Shown: positions 42,141 through 53,043, numbered from the stretch's first letter. The stretch: DNA of 64,000 nucleotides from Chamaesiphon sp. (GCA_965246715.1 CBDFFH010000015.1:32001-96000); one strand, 5' to 3'. Notes: a model not told the origin generated them from the sequence alone. Numbers and translations are program-made.

Positions 42141-43265
42141 ATGTTTGATTGTATTATTGTCGGAGCTGGGCCTGGTGGGGGCAGTGCAGCCTACCATCTC
42201 GCCAAACAAGGGAGATCGGTATTAATTCTAGACCGAGATGTTTTACCTCGGTATAAACCCTGCGGTGGGGGTGTTTCACCCGCGATCGCTCAGTGGTTTG
42301 ACTTTGATTTTAGTCCCGCAATTTCTTGCGAGGTAGACACCTTACGTTACACCTGGAATCTCGAAGACCCCGTCGATGTCAAACTCGAACACCAACAGCC
42401 GATCTGGATGGTGCGCCGCGATATCTTCGACCATTTCCTCGTCCAACAAGCCCAAAGGCAAGGTGCCGAACTACGCGATAATACCGAAGTCACCGGGATC
42501 GAATTTAAAGTCGATCACTGGCAAGTCAATACGGCAACTGGTAGCTTTGAAGGTAAATATTTAATTGCTGCTGACGGTGCCAAAGGCAAGATGGCAACCT
42601 GGTTGGGTTTCAAAGATCGCAAACGCCGACTGGCTGGAGCATTGGAAGTAGAAGCTCCCGCCGAAAATGTGGCAAAAGTAATTAATTTTGAATTTGGGTT
42701 GGTCAAAAACGGTTATATTTGGAACTTCCCCAAAGCCGATGGTTACTCGATCGGGATCGGCACTTTCAAAGGTGGCGAAGCACAAGATTTCAAAAAAATC
42801 CTCGATGTCTATGCCCAAGGAGCCTTTGGGGTAAATATCAATAACTTCAAACAATACGGCCATCCCTTGTGTCTGTGGGATGGGGATCAAAAACTCCATA
42901 CCCAAAACGCACTGCTAGCTGGGGAAGCAGCTTGTGTGGTCGATCCGATGACTGCCGAAGGTATTCGACCCTCGATTTTTTCGGGCATCAAAGCGGCTGA
43001 ATCGATCCACGCTGCACTCGGGGGCACGACAAATGCGCTCGAAAAGTATAGTGAAGTAATGGCTACTGAATGGGGTGCGGATATGAAATGGGCGCAGCGT
43101 CTGGCTGCGGCTTTTTATCAGTTTCCCAAAGTCAGTTATAAAGCGGCAGTCAAACGTCCTTCAGCTAGTATGACCATGGCAAAAGTCCTAGCTGGCGAAC
43201 TCAGCTATTCAGCGATCGCGGGTAAAGCGATTAAAAAGCTCAGTGGCAGCGTATTCGGCAGATAA
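42141..43265 (+). CDS. Geranylgeranyl reductase-family FAD-dependent oxidoreductase
   Basis: DCIIVGAGPGG, PRYKPCGGG, IAADGA, GY.WNFPK, GEAA..VDP.TAEGIRP. Confidence 0.9.
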   Translation: MFDCIIVGAGPGGGSAAYHLAKQGRSVLILDRDVLPRYKPCGGGVSPAIAQWFDFDFSPAISCEVDTLRYTWNLEDPVDVKLEHQQPIWMVRRDIFDHFLVQQAQRQGAELRDNTEVTGIEFKVDHWQVNTATGSFEGKYLIAADGAKGKMATWLGFKDRKRRLAGALEVEAPAENVAKVINFEFGLVKNGYIWNFPKADGYSIGIGTFKGGEAQDFKKILDVYAQGAFGVNINNFKQYGHPLCLWDGDQKLHTQNALLAGEAACVVDPMTAEGIRPSIFSGIKAAESIHAALGGTTNALEKYSEVMATEWGADMKWAQRLAAAFYQFPKVSYKAAVKRPSASMTMAKVLAGELSYSAIAGKAIKKLSGSVFGR

Positions 43266-43347
43266 ATTCGATCGCTTTAAAAAAGGTAGGGGTAATTCAT
43301 GAATTACCCCTACCTTTTTTAAAGCGATAAATCTAATCATTCTGTTT

Positions 43348-43488
43348 TCAATCTAATTGACTTTTGGCTAGCTTGCGCTTGAAGACACTACCAGAGCCTA
43401 TACCAAACAGCGTACCCAAAATCGCCAAGAGTTCGGGCACAGAAGTTGCGGCAGCATTAACAGTACCTACATAGAGATTCCTTATCTC
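43348..43488 (-). pseudogene. Orphan PEP-CTERM-like sorting-signal remnant
   Basis: Minus-strand translation ...AAATSVPELLAILGTLFGIGSGSVFKRKLAKSQLD* gives VPE, a TM helix and a basic tail. It has no start codon or signal peptide of its own. Confidence 0.65.
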
Positions 43489-44364
43489 CTATCCAGCACT
43501 TGAAGACACAACCATCGAACCAGTCCCACTATCAGTAAAGATTTCCAATAGCAGCGAGTGTGGCAAGCGACCATCGATAATATGTGCCGCCCTGACCCCT
43601 TGAGCCAGCGAACGCACACAGCAGGTGAGCTTGGGAATCATCCCCCCACTGACGGTACCATCCTCGATCAGCGTGCGCGCCCCTGGAATATCCAATTGCC
43701 GAATCAAGGTATCGGGATCTTTAAAATCGCGCATCAACCCAGGCGTATCGGTTAAGAGAATTAATTTTTCAGCGCCGAGTGCGGCGGCAATTTCACCAGC
43801 GACGGTATCGGCGTTGATATTATATGCCTGTCCGTTTTCGTCAGCAGCAACACTAGATACGACCGGGATATAGCCACTTTTGACTAGAGTATTGAGAATG
43901 TCTACATTAACATTACTTACTTCACCGACAAATCCGATCCCTTCGCGTCCGTCGGGACGTGCCACGATCAGATTGCCATCCTTACCGCACAATCCAACGG
44001 CCTTGCCACCTGCCTGATTAATCAACGCCACAATTTCTTTATTGACTCGCCCGACCAAAACCATTTCAACTACATCCATCGTGGCCGCATCGGTAACACG
44101 TAAGCCATCTTTGAATTGAGGTTCGATGTTAAGTTTTTCGAGCCAACTATTGATTTCTGGCCCACCACCATGAACTAAGACAGGACGAATGCCAACGCAA
44201 GACATAAAAACTAGATCGCGAATCACTCGATCTTTGAGACTGCTATCCTTCATCGCCGCACCGCCATATTTGACGACTACCGTACGTCCGGCAAATTTTT
44301 GGATGTAGGGTAAGGCTTCACTGAGTACCCGCACGCGGGTGGCATCTTCACTGGAATGACTCAT
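43489..44364 (-). CDS. argB: Acetylglutamate kinase
   Basis: [37 protein letters not shown]. Confidence 0.97.
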   Translation of the reverse strand: MSHSSEDATRVRVLSEALPYIQKFAGRTVVVKYGGAAMKDSSLKDRVIRDLVFMSCVGIRPVLVHGGGPEINSWLEKLNIEPQFKDGLRVTDAATMDVVEMVLVGRVNKEIVALINQAGGKAVGLCGKDGNLIVARPDGREGIGFVGEVSNVNVDILNTLVKSGYIPVVSSVAADENGQAYNINADTVAGEIAAALGAEKLILLTDTPGLMRDFKDPDTLIRQLDIPGARTLIEDGTVSGGMIPKLTCCVRSLAQGVRAAHIIDGRLPHSLLLEIFTDSGTGSMVVSSSAG

Positions 44365-44451
44365 GGATTACTCGATCGGTGACTATCGATCGATTGTAAA
44401 ACATTCAGTACAACTACTTAGGTACCAAATTTAGCTAATTTCACTTAAATT

Positions 44452-44841
44452 ATGACCGAACTCACCACGTTTACCGGCGGTTGTCACTGTGGCGCAGTCC
44501 GCTATCGCGTTTTGCTCGAACAACTTACAGCTACCGAGTGTAATTGCTCGATCTGCCAGAAAAAAGGGTTCATTCATGTCATCGTGCCAGCGTTGCGGTT
44601 TACCCTCCTCCAGGGCACAAACGACCTCAGCACCTACACCTTTAATACGGCTACCGCCAAACATCATTTTTGCCGCCACTGCGGGATTCACTCCTTTTAT
44701 CGACCCCGATCGCATCCAGACGGCTACGATATCAATCTTCGCTGTTTAGATGCTAATCCAATCGATCGATTCGAGATTACCACCTTTGATGGTGCCGATT
44801 GGGAAAATCAGATCGATCTGATTCAGGGACGGTATTCATGA
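44452..44841 (+). CDS. GFA/CENP-V family protein
   Basis: GGCHCGAVRY, CNCSIC.K.G, H.FC..CG....Y.PRSHP. Confidence 0.92.
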   Translation: MTELTTFTGGCHCGAVRYRVLLEQLTATECNCSICQKKGFIHVIVPALRFTLLQGTNDLSTYTFNTATAKHHFCRHCGIHSFYRPRSHPDGYDINLRCLDANPIDRFEITTFDGADWENQIDLIQGRYS

Positions 44842-44997
44842 GCGGATGCTCCGCAAGAGAGCGTCGACGCTCTCTTGCCTACTTCCAACCTGAGTTCGAT
44901 GAGGCGTAGCCAACGACAGAAAGACTCTTGGCAAGTTTTAAGGAAGTTACGATAGTTCTGATTGCTGTTGGAGCTGAAGTATATACAGAATTAACTA

Positions 44998-45341
44998 ACG
45001 TGAGTTCGGGTTAAGGATATTTGCTTCGTTCAAGCACCGCACTCGATTGTGTCTTGTCGCGCTAAACCCTCGGCAAAGCCGAGGAGCGCGCGCCGCAAAT
45101 CGGTGCTAATAGTGCAAAGTCCGGTTGTTGCCGCGAGCGGCAAAAGCCTGCCTTCGCGGACTAATTATCTAGTCCGCGAAGCGAAAAGTGCGGTCTTGGG
45201 GTTTCCCCAAGTAGAGCACCTTTTCAAGACAGCGACGCGCGCTCCTCGGGTTCCCCGAGGGTTTAGCGCGTCAAGACAGGCGGACTTTGCATCATGAGCC
45301 GAGACTTCAGTCTCCAGGCTATTCTTATGCCGAACTGACGT
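44998..45341. mobile_element. 344-bp MITE with IS982-type TIRs
   Basis: ACGTGAGTTCGGGTTAAG ... CTTATGCCGAACTGACGT, 6-bp TSD TAACTA (44992-44997, 45342-45347). Near-identical inverted copy at 62302-62645. Confidence 0.9.
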
Positions 45342-45376
45342 TAACTATTCTTAATCCTATTCAACAAAAGATTTTA

Positions 45377-46812
45377 GGCTCTTCACTAGTTAGTATGCCA
45401 AATTAATGATTGAAGTGCCAATTAAGCAAGCATCTATTTCGGAAATTCTCAAAATTAGTAAATCCATATGCTGAACGTTTGATTAGTTTTAGCTTGTTAT
45501 TAATTCCCTCCACTACTCCACTAGTTGTTCCATTGTCAAAATAAGCCAGTATTTCATCAAACCATCGATAAATTGTCCCTTGACTTTTGACAAAATATTT
45601 TTGAGCTTTTGACAGCCATTCCCCTAAGCCTAGTAATCCCTCATTCCAGCTTTCCTTTTTCTCAAATATTTCTCGAAAATCCTCTTTCAATTGATGCATT
45701 TTTCCGAGCTGACTTGATACATTTTTTACCTGAGCTAGCTTGTCTTTCTGTTCTTCATTTAAGTCTTCTTCGTTTTTCAATATTGGATACTTACTATTAG
45801 TTATTCCTGCTAATATAGCCGCTTTCTCCGCTTTTTCTTCTGGGGTTTTTGCTTGCTTTATTTCTGCTTCGATTTTTCGCTTCTCCTTCTTTCTTTCTCC
45901 ATCTAATTCTTGATTTATTTGTACCATTATATGGAATCGATCTGCTACTATCTGAGCTTTTGGCATCATTTCTATTGCTAGACTTTTATATCCCTGCCAT
46001 AAGTCTATGCTTACTTCTTCGATTCCTTCTAATACCTCTGACCCCCACTCTCTCAGGACTTTCTTAATTTCTTCTTTGGTTCTTCCCTCGATAATTGCCA
46101 ATAATTTAGAACGATCTATGTCTATTAATACTGCACAATATTTTCCCTGCCCTTTAATCAATGCTATTTCGTCTATCCCTAATCTTTTTAATCCTATTGG
46201 TTTTATTTTTGATAAATCTCCTGATGCATCCTTTAGCATTCTTTCTATTTCTTTCTCTGTTACCTTCCCCTTCTTCGCTACACTCCTAATGTCATCTGCT
46301 AATACTTCTTCTATTATCCGATCTGCTAATCTTTTCGTGTATCTTCTTCTTGACTTGACAAATTCTAATTCTTCGCTAAATGGTTTCTGGCATTTTTCGC
46401 AGTTGAATTGTCTTCTATTTATTTCTAAAAATACCGCTTGCCCTCCCCAATCCAAATCTTTGATTATTTGCCGATGGTTTTGGTGTAACTTGTCGCTTTT
46501 CAAACCACAGCGTTGGCAAACACTTATTTTTTCGCTCGACTCAACTCCTAAAATTATTCCAATTCCTTCATGTTGGTGCTTGGCATTTACTTTTACTCCC
46601 GCTAGATTTAGTACTTCTGTTAGTAGTTGTATTTCCTTTTTGGTGAGCATTTTCTTCTGGTTTGTCTCAAGATCGCTTTCAATTAGATTATACTTAATAA
46701 CAAAATGCCCCCAATGTCAATTATCACTCCACTTTTATGGCAATTTCACATATTGATTAATTTCTATTTGCCACATTTGCTATCGATCGAGCATACTAAG
46801 TAGTGAAGAGCC
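45377..46812 (-). mobile_element. ISL3-family insertion sequence
   Basis: TIRs GGCTCTTCACTA.TTAGTATG. 8-bp TSD AGATTTTA at 45369-45376 and 46813-46820. Confidence 0.95.
45403..46650 (-). CDS. ISL3 transposase
   Basis: CxxC zinc finger, LGIDE, VSIDLW..Y, VADRFH, TSGVVEGINNKLKLIKR.AYG. Confidence 0.95.
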   Translation of the reverse strand: MLTKKEIQLLTEVLNLAGVKVNAKHQHEGIGIILGVESSEKISVCQRCGLKSDKLHQNHRQIIKDLDWGGQAVFLEINRRQFNCEKCQKPFSEELEFVKSRRRYTKRLADRIIEEVLADDIRSVAKKGKVTEKEIERMLKDASGDLSKIKPIGLKRLGIDEIALIKGQGKYCAVLIDIDRSKLLAIIEGRTKEEIKKVLREWGSEVLEGIEEVSIDLWQGYKSLAIEMMPKAQIVADRFHIMVQINQELDGERKKEKRKIEAEIKQAKTPEEKAEKAAILAGITNSKYPILKNEEDLNEEQKDKLAQVKNVSSQLGKMHQLKEDFREIFEKKESWNEGLLGLGEWLSKAQKYFVKSQGTIYRWFDEILAYFDNGTTSGVVEGINNKLKLIKRSAYGFTNFENFRNRCLLNWHFNH

Positions 46813-47039
46813 AGATTTTACAGCTATTGAACTTTCCCAGCGACATTTACACCCGTTTTTCATTGCAATTTGACTACCCGCTCTAAAAATGAGCGAACCG
46901 TCAGTTATTTTGACAATAGAACAACTAGTGGAACAGTAGAAGTAATTAATAACAAACTCAAGCTAATTAAACGTTCGGCATATGGATTTACTAATTTTAA
47001 CAATTTCCGAAATAGATGCCTGCCGAATTGGCACTTCAA

Positions 47040-48569
47040 TCATTGATTTGACATACTAACTAGTGAAAAGCTACATTGCTTTAATCTGGCTAATAACACC
47101 ACAACTTCATCGATGACTTTAACCATGCTGGCTGTCGGTCGATCGTGTTGATTTAAAATAATGCTAAATACTAACGGTGGATATTTAGGTGAATTGACAT
47201 AACCAGATAGACTTACAACCCCACTCATACTTCCAGTTTTGGCTCTAACTATACCTTGAGCGATCGTGCCTTTGAGCCGATTTTTTAGACTACCGCTAAT
47301 ACCCGCAACGGGTAAAGAGTCGCGATAAACTTGCCCTTCTGGTAGTGTCGCCATCGCTGATAATACGCGCACAAAAGCTGTCGGCGCGACTAAATTATGT
47401 CTCGACAAACCCGAGCCATCTCTGAGTAAATACGCGTCGGGATTGACTCCCAGTTCGGTCAGGCGTTGTTTGACTAGGGCGATGCCCAAAGTACTCGTAT
47501 CTTCAGGACTAGTAAAATGTTGGGGATAAGTTCGGCCGATCGATCTCAGTAAAACTTCAGCATAGACATTATTACTTTGCTGATTTGTTTCCTTAATTAA
47601 TTCGCTAATTGGCGGGGAATCGATCGCGGCAATTTCCGGCAGAGATAAAATACTTTGTTCGGCTACCGTTCGCATCATTGCGACACCGATCCCCGCTGAG
47701 TTTAAATTTTGCCGAAATTCGCTCATAAAAGCTGCGGTAGGATCGATAACGGGGAGATCGAGTTGGATCGGCTGAGCGGTTGTGGCTAATTTACCTGTCA
47801 ATTTTAGTGCTGGTTTGCCAAATACCGCGATCGCATTGACGGAATTTTCTAAAGTTGATTCTACGGCGATCGTTTGATTATCGATTATCCAGTTGTATGC
47901 GCCGGGATTTTTCCAAGTATATTGCAATGGCATCCCGAGTCGTTGGGGACTGACAGTTAGAGTAGTAGCATTTTGACCGAGCATCAAACTATTAATTGCG
48001 GGTGCATAATCTGTCGATAAGTCGTCCCATTCCCAATCGCCATTAATTTGCTCGCCCCGAAAGTAACGATCGTCGAAACTAATCCGATCGATCTGACGTT
48101 CTCCACGCTGTTTTAATTGTTGTGCGAGCGATTGTAACCCCATCTTCGTCAAACTCGGATCGCCCCGACCAACTACTAATAAATTTGAAGTATTACCAGT
48201 ATTCGGGAGTCGATACACCGATGTCCGCAAGCGCGTCGCCGCTCCCAGATGGCGCAAGGCGACGGCAGTAGTAATTAACTTGACATTCGAAGCAGGAATG
48301 AATAAGCGATCGCCATCCCGATTATAAAGCTGTGTCGTCGCACCCAATGCCTGCACGACAATTCCCCACCGATACCGTCGCAATTGAGGTCGATCGATAA
48401 TCTCATTAATCGCTGTCGGGAGTTGACTGGGACAAATAGCTGGCAAAGTCGGACTATTCGGCACTGAGCTGGGCGACTGTGCGCGGACGGAAATTGCCAT
48501 CGACTGAATCGCTAACCAGCCACAGAGCGCAATGGCGCGATGGTAGTTAATTAATTTATGCTTCATCAA
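47040..48569 (-). CDS. dacB: D-Ala-D-Ala carboxypeptidase/endopeptidase (PBP4, peptidase S13)
   Basis: PASNVK (SxxK), SNN (SxN), DGSGLSR, AKTGS (KTG), signal peptide. Confidence 0.93.
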   Translation of the reverse strand: MMKHKLINYHRAIALCGWLAIQSMAISVRAQSPSSVPNSPTLPAICPSQLPTAINEIIDRPQLRRYRWGIVVQALGATTQLYNRDGDRLFIPASNVKLITTAVALRHLGAATRLRTSVYRLPNTGNTSNLLVVGRGDPSLTKMGLQSLAQQLKQRGERQIDRISFDDRYFRGEQINGDWEWDDLSTDYAPAINSLMLGQNATTLTVSPQRLGMPLQYTWKNPGAYNWIIDNQTIAVESTLENSVNAIAVFGKPALKLTGKLATTAQPIQLDLPVIDPTAAFMSEFRQNLNSAGIGVAMMRTVAEQSILSLPEIAAIDSPPISELIKETNQQSNNVYAEVLLRSIGRTYPQHFTSPEDTSTLGIALVKQRLTELGVNPDAYLLRDGSGLSRHNLVAPTAFVRVLSAMATLPEGQVYRDSLPVAGISGSLKNRLKGTIAQGIVRAKTGSMSGVVSLSGYVNSPKYPPLVFSIILNQHDRPTASMVKVIDEVVVLLARLKQCSFSLVSMSNQ

Positions 48570-48727
48570 AAAAGTTGGGGGTGAACGTGAGATTTTCCAA
48601 TAATATCGTTAGTCAGCAAAGCTGAGTCTAGGAGATTTTTCAGAGTGTGGATGAGTCAACAGCGATCGCAATCCAAGTAAGATAGAACCAACAACTTTTG
48701 GTGTCTCTTCCTACCCCTCTAATCCTG

Positions 48728-50326
48728 ATGCAGTTACCCGATTTAGATAAACTATCCCTGGCTAAACAAGTCGCTCAAATGGTTGTGGTGAGAGCATCTA
48801 GCCATTTATTCGACCATCAGATCCAGTATCCTGAATTTGGCGAACGCGATCGAGTGACACTGAAACATTGGATTGGCGATCTTGGTGTAGGTGGGGTAAT
48901 TTTTTGGGGTGGGAATGCAGGGGAATTGACGCTGCGGATCCAGCAATTGCAAGCTTGGGCGGAGTATCCTTTGCTCGTTGCTGCTGATATCGAAGAAGGC
49001 GTAGGACAAAGATTTGTAGGAGCTACCTGGTTTCCACCCCCAATGGCGCTAAATGCGATCGCGCGGACGGATTTACCCAAGGCGATCGAATATGCGCGGC
49101 AAATGGGGGCAATTACGGCACGGGAAGCACTGGCTGTCGGGATTAATTGGATTTTGGCTCCAGTAGTAGATGTCAATAACAACCCCGCCAATCCGGTAAT
49201 TAATATTCGTGCCTTTGGCGAAACGCCAGAAATTGTCAGCCAGTTGGCGACGGCATATATCCAAGGAGCGGCAGCTTATCCAGTGCTGACGTGCGCCAAA
49301 CATTTCCCCGGACATGGGGACACGGGCACCGATTCGCATTGGGCTTTGCCTGTAATAACACACGATCGCGCGCGATTGGACTCGATCGAGTTGCCCCCAT
49401 TTCGAGCGGCGATGCGGGCGGAGGTAGATAGTATCATGAGCGCCCATTTATTGATTCCCACCCTCGATCCGGAGTTACCGGCGACACTCTCACACCGGAT
49501 TTTAACGGAGGAATTGCGGGATAATTTAGGGTTTGAAGGATTAATCAGTACCGATGCGTTGGTGATGGGGGCGATTGCCGATCGCTATGGGGCGGATGAA
49601 GCGCCAGTAATGGCGGTGGCGGCTGGTTCGGATATTATTTTGATGCCTGTCAATCCTGAAATTGCAATTAAATCTGTCTGTGCGGCAGTGGCATCGGGAC
49701 GGCTGAGTGCGGAACGGATTAAGGCAAGCGTTGGGCGGATTTGGCGATCGAAACAGAAGTTATTTAGAGAGTGGAGTGGTGTTACCCTGACACAATCACC
49801 TGTAAATATTCCCCCCGGGACATTTATGACTCTTGCCCAACCGAGTTCGCTGGCGATGGCCGATCGAATGTTACAAGATTCGCTAGTTACTCAGGGAAAT
49901 TTTCCCCTTGCTCCAGTTCCAGGGCGAAATATTGTCGTGCTCGAAGAAATCCTCGACACTACCTTTCTCAGCCGTAGTACTCCAGCCGTCATTATACCCA
50001 GTAAGCTAGGTTATAAATTACAACTCATCAATCGCCATAGCTCATCGATCGATATCGCGCCTGACGAACCAGCGATCCTCCAATTATTTATTCGGACTAG
50101 TCCATTTTCTGGCGGATTGGGGATTACATCAGTAGCAAAACAATTATTTCAGCAATTGCTCGCTAACCAGCAGTTACAGGGATTGATTATCTATGGAAGT
50201 CCTTATTTATTGGCAGATTTTGCCCCACATTTACCATCAGAGGTGCCTTGTGTATTCTGTTACGGACAAATGGCGGCGGCACAATCGATCGCTTTAGGAC
50301 GGTTATTTGGTAGTAATGTAACCTGA
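48728..50326 (+). CDS. GH3 glycoside hydrolase (beta-N-acetylglucosaminidase NagZ-like)
   Basis: ADIEEGVG, APVVDVN, KHFPGHGDTGTDSH, STDAL.M.A. The stop codon lies inside the adjacent MITE end. Confidence 0.88.
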   Translation: MQLPDLDKLSLAKQVAQMVVVRASSHLFDHQIQYPEFGERDRVTLKHWIGDLGVGGVIFWGGNAGELTLRIQQLQAWAEYPLLVAADIEEGVGQRFVGATWFPPPMALNAIARTDLPKAIEYARQMGAITAREALAVGINWILAPVVDVNNNPANPVINIRAFGETPEIVSQLATAYIQGAAAYPVLTCAKHFPGHGDTGTDSHWALPVITHDRARLDSIELPPFRAAMRAEVDSIMSAHLLIPTLDPELPATLSHRILTEELRDNLGFEGLISTDALVMGAIADRYGADEAPVMAVAAGSDIILMPVNPEIAIKSVCAAVASGRLSAERIKASVGRIWRSKQKLFREWSGVTLTQSPVNIPPGTFMTLAQPSSLAMADRMLQDSLVTQGNFPLAPVPGRNIVVLEEILDTTFLSRSTPAVIIPSKLGYKLQLINRHSSSIDIAPDEPAILQLFIRTSPFSGGLGITSVAKQLFQQLLANQQLQGLIIYGSPYLLADFAPHLPSEVPCVFCYGQMAAAQSIALGRLFGSNVT

Positions 50327-50580
50327 GTTCGGGATAAGGAAAATCGATTTGCTCCGTTCGAGCACCGCCCTGAACTATAAGTTCGGGCTAATAGCAAAAG
50401 TTCGTTGAAACGAACTAGACAATTTGGTAGTTCTCTTCAGAGAACTTTTGCTATCAGCCCCTGCTTGGTGCGCTAAACCCTCGGGAAACCCGAGGAGCGC
50501 GCATCCGCAAATTCATTTGAGGGCGGTGTAGCAACGAAGCTAGGAGTCATCGATCGTTAATCCTTAACCCGAAATCACCT
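50321..50580. mobile_element. IS982-ended MITE, second internal subtype, with 47-nt cassette
   Basis: ACCTGAGTTCGGGATAAG ... CCTTAACCCGAAATCACCT. Internal sequence is shared with 60216-60466. Confidence 0.75.
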
Positions 50581-50583
50581 TAT

Positions 50584-51183
50584 TTACTCTTCGGCGCGGA
50601 CACCGGTAAAGTATGCTGGCTCGTTACCCGGAATCCATTTGATGTTACAGCCGATGCTGGGGCGTTGATTGGGATTTACCGCTTTACCTGCCAACAGTAA
50701 CTCGATCGCGTGGCGTAAATCTTGCCCCGTGACTGGTTTACCATTAGAAGGACGACTATCATCTAATTGTCCGCGATAAGCTAATGCGCGATCGCTGTCG
50801 AATAAAAAGAAATCTGGCGTACAAGCAGCAGTATAAGCCTTTGCCACGGCTTGATCCGGGTCGTAACAGATCGGGAAATCGAACCCTTCGTCGCGAGCCA
50901 GTGCTTGTTGGTGTTCTGGTGCATCATCGGGATACTTCTCGATATCGTTCGGGCTGATGGCGACGATGCCCAAACCTTCAGCTCCGTAATCTTTGCCGAT
51001 TTGAGCGAGTTGGCTTTGGACGTGTTTGACAAACGGGCAATGAACTGAAATAAACATTACCAATAATGCTTGCTTGTCAGTAAAGGTGTTTAGCGAAACT
51101 GACTTACCACTGACAACATCAGTGAGGTGAAAATCTGGCGCACTCATGCCCAGAGGTAGCATTGTGGATGCAGTCCGTACCAT
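50584..51183 (-). CDS. Thioredoxin-like / AhpC-TSA family protein
   Basis: APDFHL.D, SVHCPFV, YTAACTPDFFLFD, YRGQLDD.RP, SIGCNIKW. Confidence 0.9.
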   Translation of the reverse strand: MVRTASTMLPLGMSAPDFHLTDVVSGKSVSLNTFTDKQALLVMFISVHCPFVKHVQSQLAQIGKDYGAEGLGIVAISPNDIEKYPDDAPEHQQALARDEGFDFPICYDPDQAVAKAYTAACTPDFFLFDSDRALAYRGQLDDSRPSNGKPVTGQDLRHAIELLLAGKAVNPNQRPSIGCNIKWIPGNEPAYFTGVRAEE

Positions 51184-51391
51184 GACGATCTATTCCTGTT
51201 GGATAAAGCTAACGTTTATCAGCGTAGCTCAATCTGCACTAACTATTGCGGGTTACAGCGACTCGTGAGTCCGATCGATTCTCTGGGATTGTTGATGTAT
51301 AGATATGACAATCGACGCTTCTCGATCGGCGAGGCCGAGCCAACGAGATACAATAGCGATCGAGTTAGCTATTTCAAGACACGATCGAGTT

Positions 51392-52588
51392 ATGGAAGCC
51401 ACCCCCAGCCAAATCAGCCAAGCGGTTCAAAATCTCTACGATACATATCCCTTTCCCCCCGAACCGCTACTCGACGAACCACCCCCAGGCTTTAACTGGC
51501 GCTGGCAGTGGGATGCTGCTTATAATTTTTGTACCGGACAGATGCCCAGTCGCCGCGATATCCGGATTCTCGATGCTGGTTGCGGTACGGGCGTAAGTAC
51601 CGATAGCCTCGTCCACCTCAATCCCCAGGCGCAAGTAACAGCGATCGATCTCAGTCCTGGCGCACTCAAAGTTGCCCGAGAACGCTGTCAGCGATCGGGA
51701 GCCGATCGGGTAGAATTTCATCATCTGAGTCTGTTCGATGTCGCCCAGCTCCCAGGGAAATTCGACCTAATTAACTCGGTGGGTGTACTCCACCATACCC
51801 CCGACCCAATTCGCGGGATTCAAGCCTTAGCTGGCAAATTAGCCCCTGGTGGGTTGATGCATATTTTCGTCTATGGTGAGTTGGGACGATGGGAGATCGA
51901 ACTGATGCAAAAAGCGATCGGCATATTGCAAGGAGACAAACGTGGCGATTATCAAGATGGTGTCAAAATCGGTCGATCGGTATTTGCCTCGCTCCCCGAA
52001 AATAATCGCCTCGTCAAACGGGAAAAAGAACGCTGGGCGATCGAAAATCATAAAGATGAATGCTTTGCCGACATGTACGTTCATCCCCAAGAAATCGACT
52101 ATAATATCGAGACTTTATTTGAATTAATCGATGCTTCCGGTCTAGAATTTATCGGTTTTTCTAATCCGGAATTCTGGAGCTTGGAACGATTATTAGGTAA
52201 TGCACCTGAAGCTTTAGAACGCGCTAAAAAGTTAGATATTCGCCAACAATATCGCCTAATCGAACTCCTCGATCCCGATGTCGCACATTATGAGTTTTTC
52301 CTAGCAAAACCACCCCTAGCAGCACCGATCGATTGGTCGCAAGATGAGCTGTTTCTGGCTGCTATCCCCCATCGACATCCCTGTCTGGAAGGGTGGGAAA
52401 GTCAACATGTGTTTAATTGTGACTGGAAATTAATCGAGCTATCTGCTGCTGAATTTGCGTTTATGCAAGCTTGCGATCGGAATCAATCGCCACAATTATC
52501 AGTAGGAGCGCTTTTAAAGAACATCGAACTATCGATCGATAATGTTCGATCGCTCTTGGCGAATAAGTTAATTATGTTGAGTAAGTAA
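51392..52588 (+). CDS. Class I SAM-dependent methyltransferase
   Basis: YDTYPFPP, RILDAGCGTG, FDLINSVGVLHH, FADMYVHPQE. Confidence 0.88.
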   Translation: MEATPSQISQAVQNLYDTYPFPPEPLLDEPPPGFNWRWQWDAAYNFCTGQMPSRRDIRILDAGCGTGVSTDSLVHLNPQAQVTAIDLSPGALKVARERCQRSGADRVEFHHLSLFDVAQLPGKFDLINSVGVLHHTPDPIRGIQALAGKLAPGGLMHIFVYGELGRWEIELMQKAIGILQGDKRGDYQDGVKIGRSVFASLPENNRLVKREKERWAIENHKDECFADMYVHPQEIDYNIETLFELIDASGLEFIGFSNPEFWSLERLLGNAPEALERAKKLDIRQQYRLIELLDPDVAHYEFFLAKPPLAAPIDWSQDELFLAAIPHRHPCLEGWESQHVFNCDWKLIELSAAEFAFMQACDRNQSPQLSVGALLKNIELSIDNVRSLLANKLIMLSK

Positions 52589-52710
52589 GAAGTCATGCTT
52601 AGATTTTAGTGCGTTCTGGAGTTGTGACCCACCCCGTCGCTACGCGCCACCCCTCCTTGGAGGGGAATTATATGCAGAGTTACTAATAACTAATAACTAA
52701 CAACTACCTT

Positions 52711-52953
52711 ATGTCTGTAACCGTTCATTTTTTACCCGATCGAGTCACCGTGGCAGCCGAAGCGGGCGAACCCTTATTAAATGTTGCCGAGCGCGCGGGA
52801 ATATCGATTCCCACTGGCTGTTTGATGGGTTCGTGTTATGCCTGTGAGGTCGAAATTGAAGGCGCAGATAACCCCGTTCGTGCTTGTCTTGCTTCTGTCC
52901 CTACCAGCGAATCCACCCTCATCGTCCATCGTTACGACGACCCCGTGTGGTAA
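52711..52953 (+). CDS. Small 2Fe-2S ferredoxin-like protein
   Basis: GC.MGSC.AC.V...RAC cysteine pattern. Confidence 0.88.
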   Translation: MSVTVHFLPDRVTVAAEAGEPLLNVAERAGISIPTGCLMGSCYACEVEIEGADNPVRACLASVPTSESTLIVHRYDDPVW

Positions 52954-53043
52954 TCGATCGATATTGCTTCCCTGCTTGTTACCCACCTGGAAGGGGTAGG
53001 GGTGGATACCATACCAGAACATCCCAACTAACCAAGAGGTCTC

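Noticed and set aside
45049..45297. 82-aa ORF repeated at 62346-62594 as a duplicated gene
   Set aside because: Both lie inside the 344-bp MITE and run through palindromic cassettes, so they are chance open frames.
46007..46756. 249-aa plus-strand ORF
   Set aside because: It is the antisense shadow of the ISL3 transposase.
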